From assembly GCA_950097015.1 (NCBI GenBank), contig CATNEN010000034.1:5270001-5334000 (forward strand): a DNA stretch of 64,000 nt, in the 5' to 3' direction. Below are positions 49,131 through 61,175 of this stretch, in pieces (the first letter of the stretch is position 1; every line of letters starts with the position of its first letter). A model generated the notes under the pieces. The model had not been told where the DNA came from, did no database searches, and was given only the letters and a program-made list of their open reading frames with translations. Origin of the DNA: Macrostomum hystrix (lineage: Eukaryota; Animalia; Platyhelminthes). The translations under genes were made by a program, and so were the position numbers.

Positions 49131-52100
49131 CTACAGCTGCAGTCGCTCTAACATCAAAGTTAGAAGCATCGCCACAGTCCCCATCAGCAGCTTTACAGTC
49201 TCCAATCGACTAGCGGACTTGCTATTCGTTACGGCAGTAGTAGTTATCGTCGGTGCAGCGGTGGTAGTGGCAGCACCTGCACCGCCCGAGGTGGAAGCGG
49301 TGCCGCCAGTGCTTGCTGTCACATTGTCTGAAAAACAAAGAAAGCAAAATAAAATATACATGGCGTCTGCTCTTTTCAGCCCTACTGTGCCTGTGATCAG
49401 GAGGTGTGAAAGCAACGTCCCTTATAGTCTATGGTCATACCCGGCAGCCGATTTGTCAGGGAGCCGCCGCCGCCGAGCTGCAGGCAGTCCGGAGGTCGAT
49501 AGCCGGTCTGGCAGAAGCAAAGGCCGCTTTGGGCGCAGCTGCCGCGACCGGTGCAGTTGGGGCAGGACACGGAGCCGCTGGTGGAAACACACACGGAATC
49601 GACGCACATCTGAAACATGTCCAGTTGCGTCTGAGTTTAACAGTAGAAACACCACGGGGGTAACTTATAATGCCCACATATGCAACCAATCGCCATGAAA
49701 GTCCTAAACACTAAGGGCTAAAAACTGTGTCCAGAATGACAAAATATCAGCATCGTCGAGTTATTCAACGATTCTCGTCGGGGCTGTCAGATCGCTAAAA
49801 TCAGCAATATAAACAATTTTTTTCAGCTCATGTAATTTCTTCATGGAACCATGTTGGCTCGACAAAATGTCAATCAGTCGCAAGGATATTTGTACCTGGC
49901 ATCCCAGTGACTACGATTCCCTTTATTACCCGTCTGGAGCATCGCCGGGGACAGTCGGGACCTTCAACAAAAGCACCCGATAGGCATCTCAAAGACGGCT
50001 GCTTTTGTTGAAGGTCCCGACGGTTGCCGCAGATGCTCCAGATGGTGATGAAGGGGATCCTGGTGATTGGGTGATTGGGATGCTGCGAACAAGGATACCT
50101 ACGACAGATCATGGACTCAGATTATAAAACCATAGAAATTTACACAGAGCAGTGTTAATAATAATAATTGCAGGAGGGCTGCGGGCAGTGGCACATCATT
50201 TAGTGGCACTAGACCCGCAGCCAGCGAAAAGGCAATTCTGCCCATTTCGCTGACTCCTGAGCACACACGCACACAGATACTGTACGCAGGCATACGCTCA
50301 CACAGGTGTGTACATCTCCCTGACTTTCTCATCGTCAGGCAGTGTACACTTCACTGTGCCTTGGAGGTTGGCCCTCAAGGGCATAAATTGCACGACAAGC
50401 CCCCAAGCCTTCTCTCCGCGGCAGCGCCCCAAATAAATGTGGCCTCGCCGTGGAATCGAACTTAGGGTTCGTGGTGCGAGAGGCAAACGCGTTAACCGCT
50501 CTGCCACCGACCCCCCAGAGCAGTGTTAGTTGTCCTTGTCACTAGGGTCTTCAAACAGAATCGCTGAATATCTCCACGATGCTGACTTCGGACAGCTGTG
50601 AAAATTATTTCATCGTAAATTGCGGAAAATTTTGATCCCTATTCTGACTTTGCACAAATCGGTCATTCGGTTTGGCAGCTATCGTGAAGTAGACAGTGGG
50701 TATTTGAAATACCCCCGTGGTTCTTCCCCAGGGGAAATATTGCGTGGTCTTTCTGCTGTTAAGCGTCTTCAATTACCTCACCGTACCTGTGCTTATCAAG
50801 CCTCATCAAGTATAAACTTAGTCGCTCACCAGATTTGTACCACACTCAGCACCGTTAGGCACCAGTCCCGGGTCTCTGTAGCCAGAGTACTTCAGGTTGT
50901 GCTTCGCGTAGACAGCGGTGATTGCCACTCCACTGACGGTGCCATCTAGCACGCGAATATCCGGTGGGTCAAGGCCCTTCCACTTCGGCATTGGGTCAGC
51001 GACGGCGATGTTGCCACCGACACAGTAGAGAAGGCCGCAGCGCTGGTTGCTATGCAAAATAAGTTTTTTGGTAACTATTTGTCTAACAATAATATATTCC
51101 TTAAAGTATAATTTCAATAATGAAAATCTAATGAGCTTACGCAGTAGTACAGCCAGTGTAGGTGTAGTTTAACGGACTCAGACTGCTCTCATTGTAGCTG
51201 CAGTAGCCGCTCGCGAGGCCCTGGGTGGTGCCCACCGACCAACTAGCTTGGGCGGCAGCGAAATTCGTTCCGTTAAACAGGGCGGCACAGCGCGAGTCCC
51301 GATCGTTACAGCGGCCCTTGTAGCAATAGGCCTGTAGGAAGTGACGTTTCGGTTTGAAGTAGGTTCAGTTACTTCCAGACAGCGGGCCAGATAAAACCGC
51401 CCTGAACCTGGCTCCAGACCCCTTCCAATCTCTCCTCCGTCTTATCTCTCCTCCGTCTCATCTCTCCTCCGTCTCATCTCTCCTCCGTCTCATCTCTCCT
51501 CCGTCTCATCTCTCCTCCGTCTCATCTCTCCTCCGTCTCATCTCTCCTCCGTCTCATCTCTCCTCCGTCTCATCTCTCCTCCGTCTCATCTCTCCTCCGT
51601 CTCATCTCTCCTCCGTCTCATCTCTCCTCCGTCTTATCTCTCCTCCGTCTCATCTCTCCTCCGTCTCATCTCTCCTCCGTCTCATCTCTCCTCCGTCTCA
51701 TCTCTCTTCCGTCTCATCTCTCCTCTGTCTCATCTCTCCTCCGTCTCATCTCTCCTCCGTCTCATCTCTCCTCCGTCTCATCTCTCCTCCGTCTCATCTC
51801 TCCTCCGTCTCATCTCTCCTCCGTCTCATCTCTCTTCCGTCTCATCTCTCCTCCGTCTCATCTCTCCTCCGTCTCATCTCTCCTCCGTCTCATCTCTCCT
51901 CCGTCTCATCTCCCCTATCTCATGTCTCCCCTGTGTCATCTCCCCTGTCTCATCTCTCCCCTGTCACATCCCTGCAAATTCCTGGTTTAATGTTAGTCAC
52001 AGAATGACTATGAATAAGTTACTCTGAGGGCAAAGCCATAGGGATTATCAAACTTTAACTCTAATACAACATGAGATTAATCGCTTAGTGAGCGATCTGA

Positions 52101-55100
52101 GTACTCTGATAAGCCGGCAAATAAGGCGCACCTTCCCAGGCAGGCACTCGGTGCCGTCGACTTTGTAGTCGTCGAATTGCGGGCACCACTCGCTGGAGCC
52201 GTTGCAGTACTCGGGCAGGTCGCAGACGCCGCGTTCAGTGCGACAGACAACGCCCTGCGACTTTAGCTGGCAGGTGGAAGTGTCGCAGCACTCTCCTGAG
52301 GCGCACACGGAGCCGGCCGTGAACCGGCAGGTGGTCGGGTTGCAGCAGGTGTTGTTGCACCACTGTTGGATGATTGATTTGGGACTGAGATTTGAGTGCT
52401 GCTCAAGATATCATAAATGTTTAATTATCTAGGATCTTGTTTAAGCAACAAACCCCGATCTCTCCCGTGTCTCATCTCTCCCTAGTCTCATCTCTCCTGC
52501 GTCTCATCTCTACCGTGTCTCATCTCTACCGTGTCTCATCTCTCCCTAGTCTCATCTCTCCTGCGTCTCATCTCTACCGTGTCTCATCTCTCCCTAGTCT
52601 CATCTCTCCTGCGTCTCATCTCTACCGTGTCTCATCTCTACCGTGTCTCATCTCTCCCTAGTCTCATCTCTCCTGCGTCTCATCTCTACCGTGTCTCATC
52701 TCTCCTGTGTCTCATCTCTCCTGTGTCTCATCTCTCCCGTTTTTTATCTCTCCCGTTTCTTATCTCTCCCGTTTCTTATCTCTCCTGTGTCTCATCTCTC
52801 TCGTGTCTCATCTCTCCCCTATCTCATCTCTCCTGTGTCTCATCTCTCCCGTTTTTTATCTCTCCCGTTTCTTATCTCTCCTGTGTCTCATCTCTCTCGT
52901 GTCTCATCTCTCCCCTGTCTTATCTCTCCTGTGTCTCATCTCTCCTGTTTATTATCTCATCCGTTTCTTATCTCTCCTGTTTCTTATCTCTTCTGTGTCT
53001 CATCTCTCTCGTGTCTCATCGCTCCCCTGTCTTATCTCTCCCGTGTCTCATCTCTCCCGTGTCTCATCTCTCCCGTGTCTCATCCCGTAAAGCCCATAAA
53101 AGCGCAAGAAAATCGAAAATCAAGTCAGTTGTCAATCACCCTCAAGGGGCCGCAGTCGCAGTCCTCGCCAGCCTCTACAATGCGATTGCCGCACGTGACT
53201 TTAGCCCCGGTCACAGCTGCATCGTCTGGCGGGTTGGTCATACAGTAGCCAAGACCGTTAGCAACAGTGAAATCCAGAAAGCGCTGCACTGAGCAGTTGG
53301 AGAAACGCACCGGGTTCACACTGAAAAATTCGAGTGACCAAATAGTAGGCCTCTTTAACTGATACTGGCACCAAATGACAATCTCACTCGTTTCCGACAG
53401 CGGCCATGACGCAGCCCTGACTATCTGGACAGGTTCCGCAGCCGCGCTCATCTTCATCGTGGTTGAGGCCGAGATTGTGGCCCAACTCGTGCGCCACGGT
53501 GACCGCCACTCCGTAAGCATTTGCCTCGCGATCCTAGAAATCCAACAAGGAGCAATTCTTTACTACTTGCTAATCGTACTACTGAAAGTAGAAATATTCG
53601 CTTTCTACAAGGCAGTTTTCGATATTTGAGAAGTAGCAAAATAATCTTTCAGGTTTCTAAATGGACAATTGAAATATTCTGTCAGAGTGAGCTGAACTCA
53701 AACTCTGGTCCAAATAAATGTCTACCCCATCTAGGTTTATCGCTGCAGTACAATAAAACCTTCAACTAGTCGCTCTTGTTTCTATAATTAGCATTGACGC
53801 CAATTAGTCGCTCAAAGCAAGAGTTTCGGGTTTCGGCAACAATCAACTGACTCAAGAGCTTGTTTATTAGAGGCTGACTCACCGAGTTGACACCGCCTCC
53901 TAGGGCGAATGAGCACAGTTTGCCCAAGTGAGCCAAGCCCACATCTGTGCCGCTGTACCTTAGACCGCTGAAAAAAACACATAAGAAATGATTTATTAAA
54001 TTTAATTTAGCTGCATGACGTTGGCATAAATAAACAGTAGAAAGACAGTAGCCATTGTCTGTTACAGTACAGAAATTAAGAGAAAATGTGGGTATTTGAA
54101 ATCAGATGACTCAGATGCTACTAACGTTATGAGCTGGGCTGCGCTGTGAGTTTTGAAGCTAAGCCGCTGCATCCGGTATTTCATGAACAGGTCGAGCTGC
54201 TCAGACGAATTGGCTCCACCTGGGTTGGTGGCGCTGTACAGGGTGTACGGATCGCTGGTCCAGGTCTCAGTGTACACCGTGATCACATTGACTCCCAGCT
54301 GCTTGTACAGCTACAATCGTAGAAAGGATTTTCTACTTCTGATCGATAGGTCGTCAGTTCAAATATCTACCCCCCAAGGGAGACAGTTGGTGTCTTGGGT
54401 AAGATGCATAGTTACCTAGTAATTCAGTCCGCCCAGCTGTAAAAACAGGTAGCAGCATCAGCTGGGATAGGGTTTGAGTAGCAGAGTGGTTAACGCGTTT
54501 GTCTCTCGCACCAAGGTCCCTGAGCTCGATTCCGCGGCTCAGCCGCGGAAAGAAGGCTTGGGGGTTTGTCGTGCAGTTTACGCCATTGAGGGCCAACCTC
54601 CAAGGCACAGTGAGAGTGTGCACTGCCTGACGATGAGAAAGTCAGGGCAGATGTACACAACTGTGTGAGTGTTGCTCAGGAGTAAGTGAAATGGGCAGAA
54701 TTGCCTCCTCGCTGGCTGCGGGTCTACTTTCTATTTTATCTGTTGTACTCGTATCTATAACACATGAGCTGTGATTGTATGTTATATGAGTAGCAACTAT
54801 GAGTTTAGTGGACTCACCGCGTTCAAATAATTGCCAATCTCCCACAGCCGATCCTGAGACCTCGTCATGTCGCTGCTCTGGTTTTGGTACTAAAATTCGA
54901 TTGAGCCGCTTGCATTTTTCATTTTCCGTTAGTGGCTTTCTTATCTACTTTTGTTCTCCATGTCAAACTGCGTAGTTTTCTTAGAAACTACCCAATTTCT
55001 GGGCTCAGGAAAATTTTTTTGCATTACAATTTTAGATATCGGAAAATTGCACACAACATTTTCCGTATTCTAGAGCTATCATCTCAAGCCGCTGAAACTT

Positions 55101-57295
55101 TAGTCCAAACACAAAAATAACATTCTGTAGCACTTACAAAGTACTGATCTCCAACCAGAATCAGCTGGATGTACTTTCGGTTCACTTCCGAGTAGTTCGA
55201 GTGCGTGTCGAGTCTGACCGCCCGCCGACTGCGGTGCAGCAGGTGCCGGCCCTCGTCTGTGGTCGACTCCGGCGTCATCGGTTTAATTCGACCGCCGGAC
55301 ACTCCGCAGGTGGCCTTGGCCGACCGAGCCATTTTATTGGCTCTCAGAGGTCGCTTTGATGTAGCCGACGCCGGCTGCTCAGGGATTTCATAGACTCGAT
55401 CGCCAAAGTGGAAAGTTCCGCTGTTGGGTGCGTGCGTATAAGAGCCGAATTAGCGGCAGGTAAAGCTATGGAGCAGGGGTCGGCAAACTTATTAGCGTGC
55501 AGGACATGGAGAGAACCTAAAAGACAACAGCTGCTTTAACTGTAGGAATATGAGAAATGGGAGAGATGAGACACAGGAGAGATGAGACACAGGAGTGATG
55601 AGACACAGGAGAGATGAGACACAGGAGAGATGAGACACAGGAGAGATGAGACACAGGAGAGATGAGACACAGGAGAGATGAGACACAGGAGAGATGAGAC
55701 ACAGGAGAGATGAGACACAGGAGAGATGAGACACAGGAGAGATTAGACACAGGAGAGATGAGACACATAAGAGATGAGAGGGGATGAGTGGCAGAGCGGT
55801 TATCGCGTTTGCCTCTCGCACCACGGTCCCAAAGTTTGATTCCACGGCGAGGCCACATTTATTTGGGGCGCAGCCGCGGAGAGAAGGCTTTGGGGCTTGT
55901 CGTGCAATTGACGCCCTTGAGGGCCAACCTCCAAGACACAGTGAAGTGTACACTGCCTGACGATGAGAAAGTCAGGGCAGATGGACACACCTGTGTGAGC
56001 GTATGCCTGCGTACAGTATCTGTGTGCGTGTGTGCTCAGGAGTCAGCGAAATGGGCAGAATTGCCTCCTCGCTGGCTGCGGGTCTAGTGTCACCAAATGA
56101 TGTGCCACTGCCCGCAGCCCTCCTGCAATTATTATTATTATTTAAGAGATGAGACACTGGAGAGATTAGACACAGTTGAGATTAGACACAGTTGAGATTA
56201 GACACAGGAGAGATGAGACACAGGAGAGATGAGACACATGAGAGATGAGACACAGGAGAGATGAGACACAGGAGAGATGAGACACAGGAGAGATGAGACA
56301 CAGGAGAGATTAGACACAGGAGAGATGAGACACAGGAGAGATAAGACACAGGAGAGATGAGACAGGAGAGATAAGACACAGGAGAGATGAGACACAGGAG
56401 AGATGAGACACATTTCCTGATTTTCTGCACAGTTGCACAGAAGTCCTTTTCAAGCACCGCTTGCAGAACTTTGTGTAAGCAATTTTACTAGTATTAGAAC
56501 AACGGTAGCTTCAGATTGTCTCACACATTAGTTGCCATGAGTATTTCGTTTAACCAGCAGATTAATTAGTTTAAGAATTTACTTTGTACTACAGGAGTAA
56601 TATGCCTTTTTATTTTTAGACCGAAAAAAGCTGCCTGCCTTGTGAGCTGAAAGCATAAAAAACAGAAATTCGTACCTAATAGCACCGCTTCTCTGCTTGA
56701 TAACAGCCAAGCCGCCACCTGGCTCCACCTCGCCTTGGTAAAAGCAGATAGGATGTAGTTGGGTGGAGCCGTCGCTCGAAACTGACTCGAACTCGGGACC
56801 TCCGTCTCCTCTTCCCCCACCCGAAGCACCGCGGCGTGACTTGGCGACAACTCTTTCAGAGCTGTGTAGAAACTCTCTGGAAATCATGTTTTGCCGCATT
56901 TTGACACCTACTCAAAACCCTTGTGAGCAATGAAAACACAATTCAAGTACTCTCTATTGAACTTTGAGTAGTGGTGGAGCACTCACTCGGAGGACTCAAC
57001 CAGCTGCAGGTTGAGCAGGACACCAGAGTCGATGCGGACCAGCAGGGTTCGGTGGAGCGGGCATTCGGTTGGCTGGGTATAGCGTAGGGCTAGCGCTGAT
57101 GGGATATTGGGCAAATGCGGCAAATATCAGTATGGCTTATCTTTAAGAGAAATCTATCAGATAGATTAGAAAAGTTCAATGTTTATAATTTTACTAACCA
57201 TCTGATGACATCCCGGCCACATTGAGTGGCAGCAGCAACAGCAGAGGCAGCAGCTGGACCGCAGACAACATCAGTGACAGCTGCTGACGCTGCAT
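49131..57295 (-). CDS. ADAM: ADAM-family metalloprotease-disintegrin (meltrin-like domain order), about 788 aa
   Basis: 14 phase-consistent exons: 57295-57199, 57095-56987, 56876-56676, 55420-55138, 54889-54818, 54310-54126, 53967-53883, 53533-53388, 53320-53140, 52362-52132, 51331-51141, 51049-50830, 49609-49441, 49327-49131. Domains: signal peptide, prodomain (CFYQGEV, cysteine-switch TCGV, furin RSRR), [12 protein letters not shown] zinc site with CVM Met-turn, disintegrin ([15 protein letters not shown]; CDLPEYC), Cys-rich, EGF-like, S/T-rich stalk and hydrophobic C-terminus. Confidence 0.93.
50158..50515 (-). mobile_element. Full-length SINE family A copy with 13-bp TSD and (TTA)n tail
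   Basis: CAGAGCAGTGTTA at 50145-50157 and 50516-50528; A/B boxes; (aat)n on the + strand. Confidence 0.92.
51430..51960. repeat. 16-bp intronic minisatellite (TCTCATCTCTCCTCCG), about 30 copies
   Basis: Direct repetition inside an ADAM intron. Confidence 0.95.
52455..53085. repeat. Mixed 16-18 bp intronic minisatellite (GTGTCTCATCTCTCCT family)
   Basis: Direct repetition; source of the SHLSCVSSL ORFs. Confidence 0.93.
54385..54467 (+). mobile_element. Fragment of SINE family B core
   Basis: cagtccgcccagctgtaaaaacaggtagcagcatcagctgg matches the reverse complement of about 28945-28990. Confidence 0.55.
54470..54724 (+). mobile_element. SINE family A copy (short subfamily, 3' truncated)
   Basis: A/B boxes; shares the internal deletion seen in the 36170 copy. 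Confidence 0.85.
55555..56415. repeat. 16-bp minisatellite (GAGAGATGAGACACAG) split by a SINE
   Basis: Arrays at 55555-55780 and 56145-56415; reverse-complement orientation of the 52455 array. Confidence 0.93.
55780..56142 (+). mobile_element. Full-length SINE family A copy with 12-bp TSD
   Basis: TAAGAGATGAGA at 55768-55779 and 56143-56154; (TTA)n tail. Confidence 0.92.
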
Positions 57296-58825
57296 GGCTC
57301 TGTCAGCGTGTGTCGACAAGTTCAATGAGTAGTGCAGGAACGAATTAGGCAAGCAGGCCAGACTGATGCAGTGAAGGCTATGCAAGTGCCCGTGGCTAAA
57401 CTTTGATATGAACTCTGCCACATTCTCTTTCTCTCTCTCTACGGCGGCGGTTTGGGGTTGCTTGGTCTGGTGGCCTTGCATTGGACGTCGGCGGAGAGAA
57501 AGGTAGGAAGCGCGCCAGAGGCCGGGGGATGAGAGTATGGGACTTGTCATGCGATACGGCATTGGGCTGTGCTCCTATTACTTTGGAACCAGTTCCACCC
57601 AGTCCGGAACTGCTACGAGCTAAATTCAGGCATCGGGCCAACAAAATGAGCACAAATAGACATTGTTAAACTCATACAGAACTCTAGTCAAAGAAAACGG
57701 CGAGACTGATTTCTAAACAAGATGAGATGAGACAAATCCTGATAAGATTAAATTATTAGATTTGCGTCATCGGATTAGAGAACAGGTGGAAATGACACGA
57801 GAGGGCGATATAGAGACGGGATGAGAGATGTGAGCCACGCTAGATATTTCATCTAGCAGGCACCGTGGCGCCGCAAATGAATATAAAATACATTTTCTAG
57901 GCAATTAGTTTTTATTTGAATTCAACTCAGTCAGGCAGCCTGAGCATGGATGCGGGCTTGACTCCGGTCTCAACAGGATTAACAAAACATGTTTGGTTGC
58001 TATGGTGGCTTCGCCGAGTTATGGGGTTGAGGGCGTGAAGGATGGGTAGAGATTAGACTTGGGTTTTTTATATTATCGGATGCGAAAAATAGACGCCTTT
58101 ATCCCACCCCCTATCTCGGGTCACTCCTGTATCGATACGATATCACATCCAATATATGATCGAATTATAATTTTGTAACCTTTGGTTGCGAATCAATTTA
58201 AACTATTGAGCATAAAGTTGAGTTGAGTCAAGTGTTTAGTTCATCGAGTACTTTTTCATCAAGAATGAGCCTACTATTATTAGCGATCGTGTCTTTCTCT
58301 AAACGAAGAAGTACAGAAAGTGGAGAATCTACTCAGGAAAGAGTTCTGCTGCGCTTCAACAAACAGGCACAGGCAATGCATGCAAAGGTAGAAAATAAAT
58401 CCTGTCCCATCCGGAATGAGGCTCCGAAGAACAGCTAAACAATGAACAGCGGGGGGGAGGGAAGGGGACGAGCAATGAGACGGCTTGAAATCTCCATGGC
58501 GATGGGGAAAATATGGCGGGGCGAAGGGACGGCTTATTGCAGCTTTTGACTCTATGGAAACAAATGTATAGCTGCACTTCCCTCTGTCTGCTCTTCCCCT
58601 ACCCACCGCCCATGAGTCAGTCGGTGTTAATACAAGCTTGAATCTCCAATAAAATTTGCATAGCTGTAAAATTTCAGGCATGAACCAGCTTAAAACTGGT
58701 ACTTTTAAATGCTAATTGTTCTATTGTAGATGGGCTCAGGGAAATCTATATTATTCTTCGCGTGTCTGGAAAGCCATGAAAATTCATCGAGATAAACATT
58801 TGTAAATAATGAGTGTATCGAAACA

Positions 58826-59117
58826 TAATAATAATAATAATAATAATAATAGTTGATTACACCTGCCCCAATTGGACCAGATGTGCAGCCGACAGCACAG
58901 CTGTAGCTAATGCGCGGCGCATCTGAAGGCTGCGTACAGCTGTTCAGTCCATGGACTGGGGGGACGCCACACCCACCTTCAATTATCCCAGCTAATGCTG
59001 GTACCTATTTAACATCTGAGTGAACTGAAGCAATGCAGATTTAGTGCCTTGCTAAAGGACACACATTGTTCCAGTGGAGTCAGGAATCGAACCCCCGACC
59101 TTCAAGTCGTGAGTCCG
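58826..59117 (-). mobile_element. SINE family B copy, head partly lost, (TTA)n tail
   Basis: Highly similar to 28812-29102; B box GGTTCGATTCC; (aat)n at 58826-58850. Confidence 0.8.
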
Positions 59118-59739
59118 ATGAAACTAATCGATGAATATCGAAAACTTAACAAGGCTACTAGTTTCTGCATGCATTGCCTAATGAATAAAAGTACACTACT
59201 GAGAGAGAAAGCGTCATAAACATCGTGAGAAAATTTAGCTTTGAACAATTGGGTCAGGGGGGTGTTTTATGAACTGTGTTAAGATCAAACTTTGCTTTCT
59301 AACACACCTGGGTCGGCAAACTATAGCACAGATCACCCATAATTTAGAATGTGACACAGTTTAGTTGTAAGCTGGGCGTCACGTGGTTTTGTAAGCCTTG
59401 TAAGCCTCTACAGTGCACAGAGTCATATGCTAAAGACCTGCATAAACAAATTGAACGATGTAGTGCCATACTAACAAAGTTCGAAACACTTCTAACTGCA
59501 ATGAGTCACGCTTGGTGCTTTGCTTGTTGCTTGCTTGAATGTTGCTTGAGTTGCTTGCTTGAATAAGTTTCTCTATCGTTTTAAAAACCATTTTGCATTT
59601 GCTTCGCCAGCTTTTTTAAGTGGGTCTCTGGCAGAAGTGCCTTTAACAGCGCAAAGTTTGCGCGCAAAACTTTTTTTTGCTTTGCCTAAAAATAGCTTTT
59701 GATACAGTGCAGCTTGTCGTTTTTAATACAAAAGCATTA

Positions 59740-61175
59740 ACTGACATCTGTGTACTGACATCTGTGTACTGACATCTGTGTACTGACATCTGTGTACTGA
59801 CATCTGTGTACTGACATCTGTGTACTGACATCTGTGTACTGACATCTGTGTACTGACATCTGTGTACTGACATCTGTGTACTGACATCTGTGTACTGACA
59901 TCTGTGTACTGACATCTGTGTACTGACATCAACTGACATCTGTGTACTGACATCAAATGACATCTGTGTACTGACATCAAATGACATCTGTGTACTGACA
60001 TCTGTTTACTGACATCTGTGTACTGACATCAAATGACATCTGTGTACTGACATCTGTTTACTGACATCTGTGTACTGACATCTGTGTACTGACATCTGTG
60101 TACTGACATCAAATGACATCTGTGTACTGACATCTGTTTACTGACATCTGTGTACTGACATCTGTGTACTGACATCTGTGTACTGACATCTGTGTACTGA
60201 CATCTGTGTACTGACATCTGTGTACTGACATCTGTGTACTGACATCAAATGACATCTGTGTACTGACATCAAATGACATCTGTGTACTGACATCTGTTTA
60301 CTGACATCTGTGTACTGACATCAAATGACATCTGTGTACTGACATCTGTTTACTGACATCTGTGTACTGACATCAAATGACATCTGTGTACTGACATCTG
60401 TTTACTGACATCTGTGTACTGACATCAAATGACATCTGTGTACTGACATCAAATGACATCTGTGTACTGACATCAAATGACATCTGTGTACTGACATCTG
60501 TTTACTGACATCTGTGTACTGACATCAAATGACATCTGTGTACTGAAATCTGTGTACTGACATCAACTGACATCTGTGTACTGACATCAAATAACATCTG
60601 TGTACTGACATCAACTGACATCTGTGTACTGACATCAAATGACATCAACTGACATCTGTGTACTGACATCAAATGACATCAACTGACATCTGTGTACTGA
60701 CATCAAATGACATCAAATAACATCTGTGTACTGACATCAACTGACATCTGTGTACTGACATCAAATGACATCAAATAACATCTGTGTACTGACATCAACT
60801 GACATCAACTGACATCTGTGTACTGACATCAAATGACATCAAATAACATCTGTGTACTGACATCAACTGACATCAACTGACATCTGTGTACTGACATCAA
60901 CTGACATCAACTGACATCAAATAACATCTGTGTACTGACATCAACTGACATCAAATAACATCTGTGTACTGACATCAACTGACATCAACTGACATCAAAT
61001 AACATCTGTGTACTGACATCAACTGACATCAAATAACATCTGTGTACTGACATCAACTGACATCAACTGACATCTGTGTACTGACATCAACTGACATCAA
61101 CTGACATCAAATAACATCTGTGTACTGACATCAACTGACATCAACTGACATCAAATAACATCTGTGTACTGACAA
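59740..61175. repeat. Compound minisatellite of 14-bp (CTGACATCTGTGTA) and 10-bp (CTGACATCAA) units
   Basis: Direct repetition; source of the MSVHRCQYTDVSTQ ORFs. Confidence 0.95.

Noticed and set aside
49870-50112. 80-aa Cys-containing ORF as an extra ADAM exon
   Set aside because: Flanking exons already join in phase to give a complete Cys-rich/EGF region; no convincing acceptor.
59643-60217. MSVHRCQYTDVSTQ repeat ORFs
   Set aside because: Translations of the 14-bp array.
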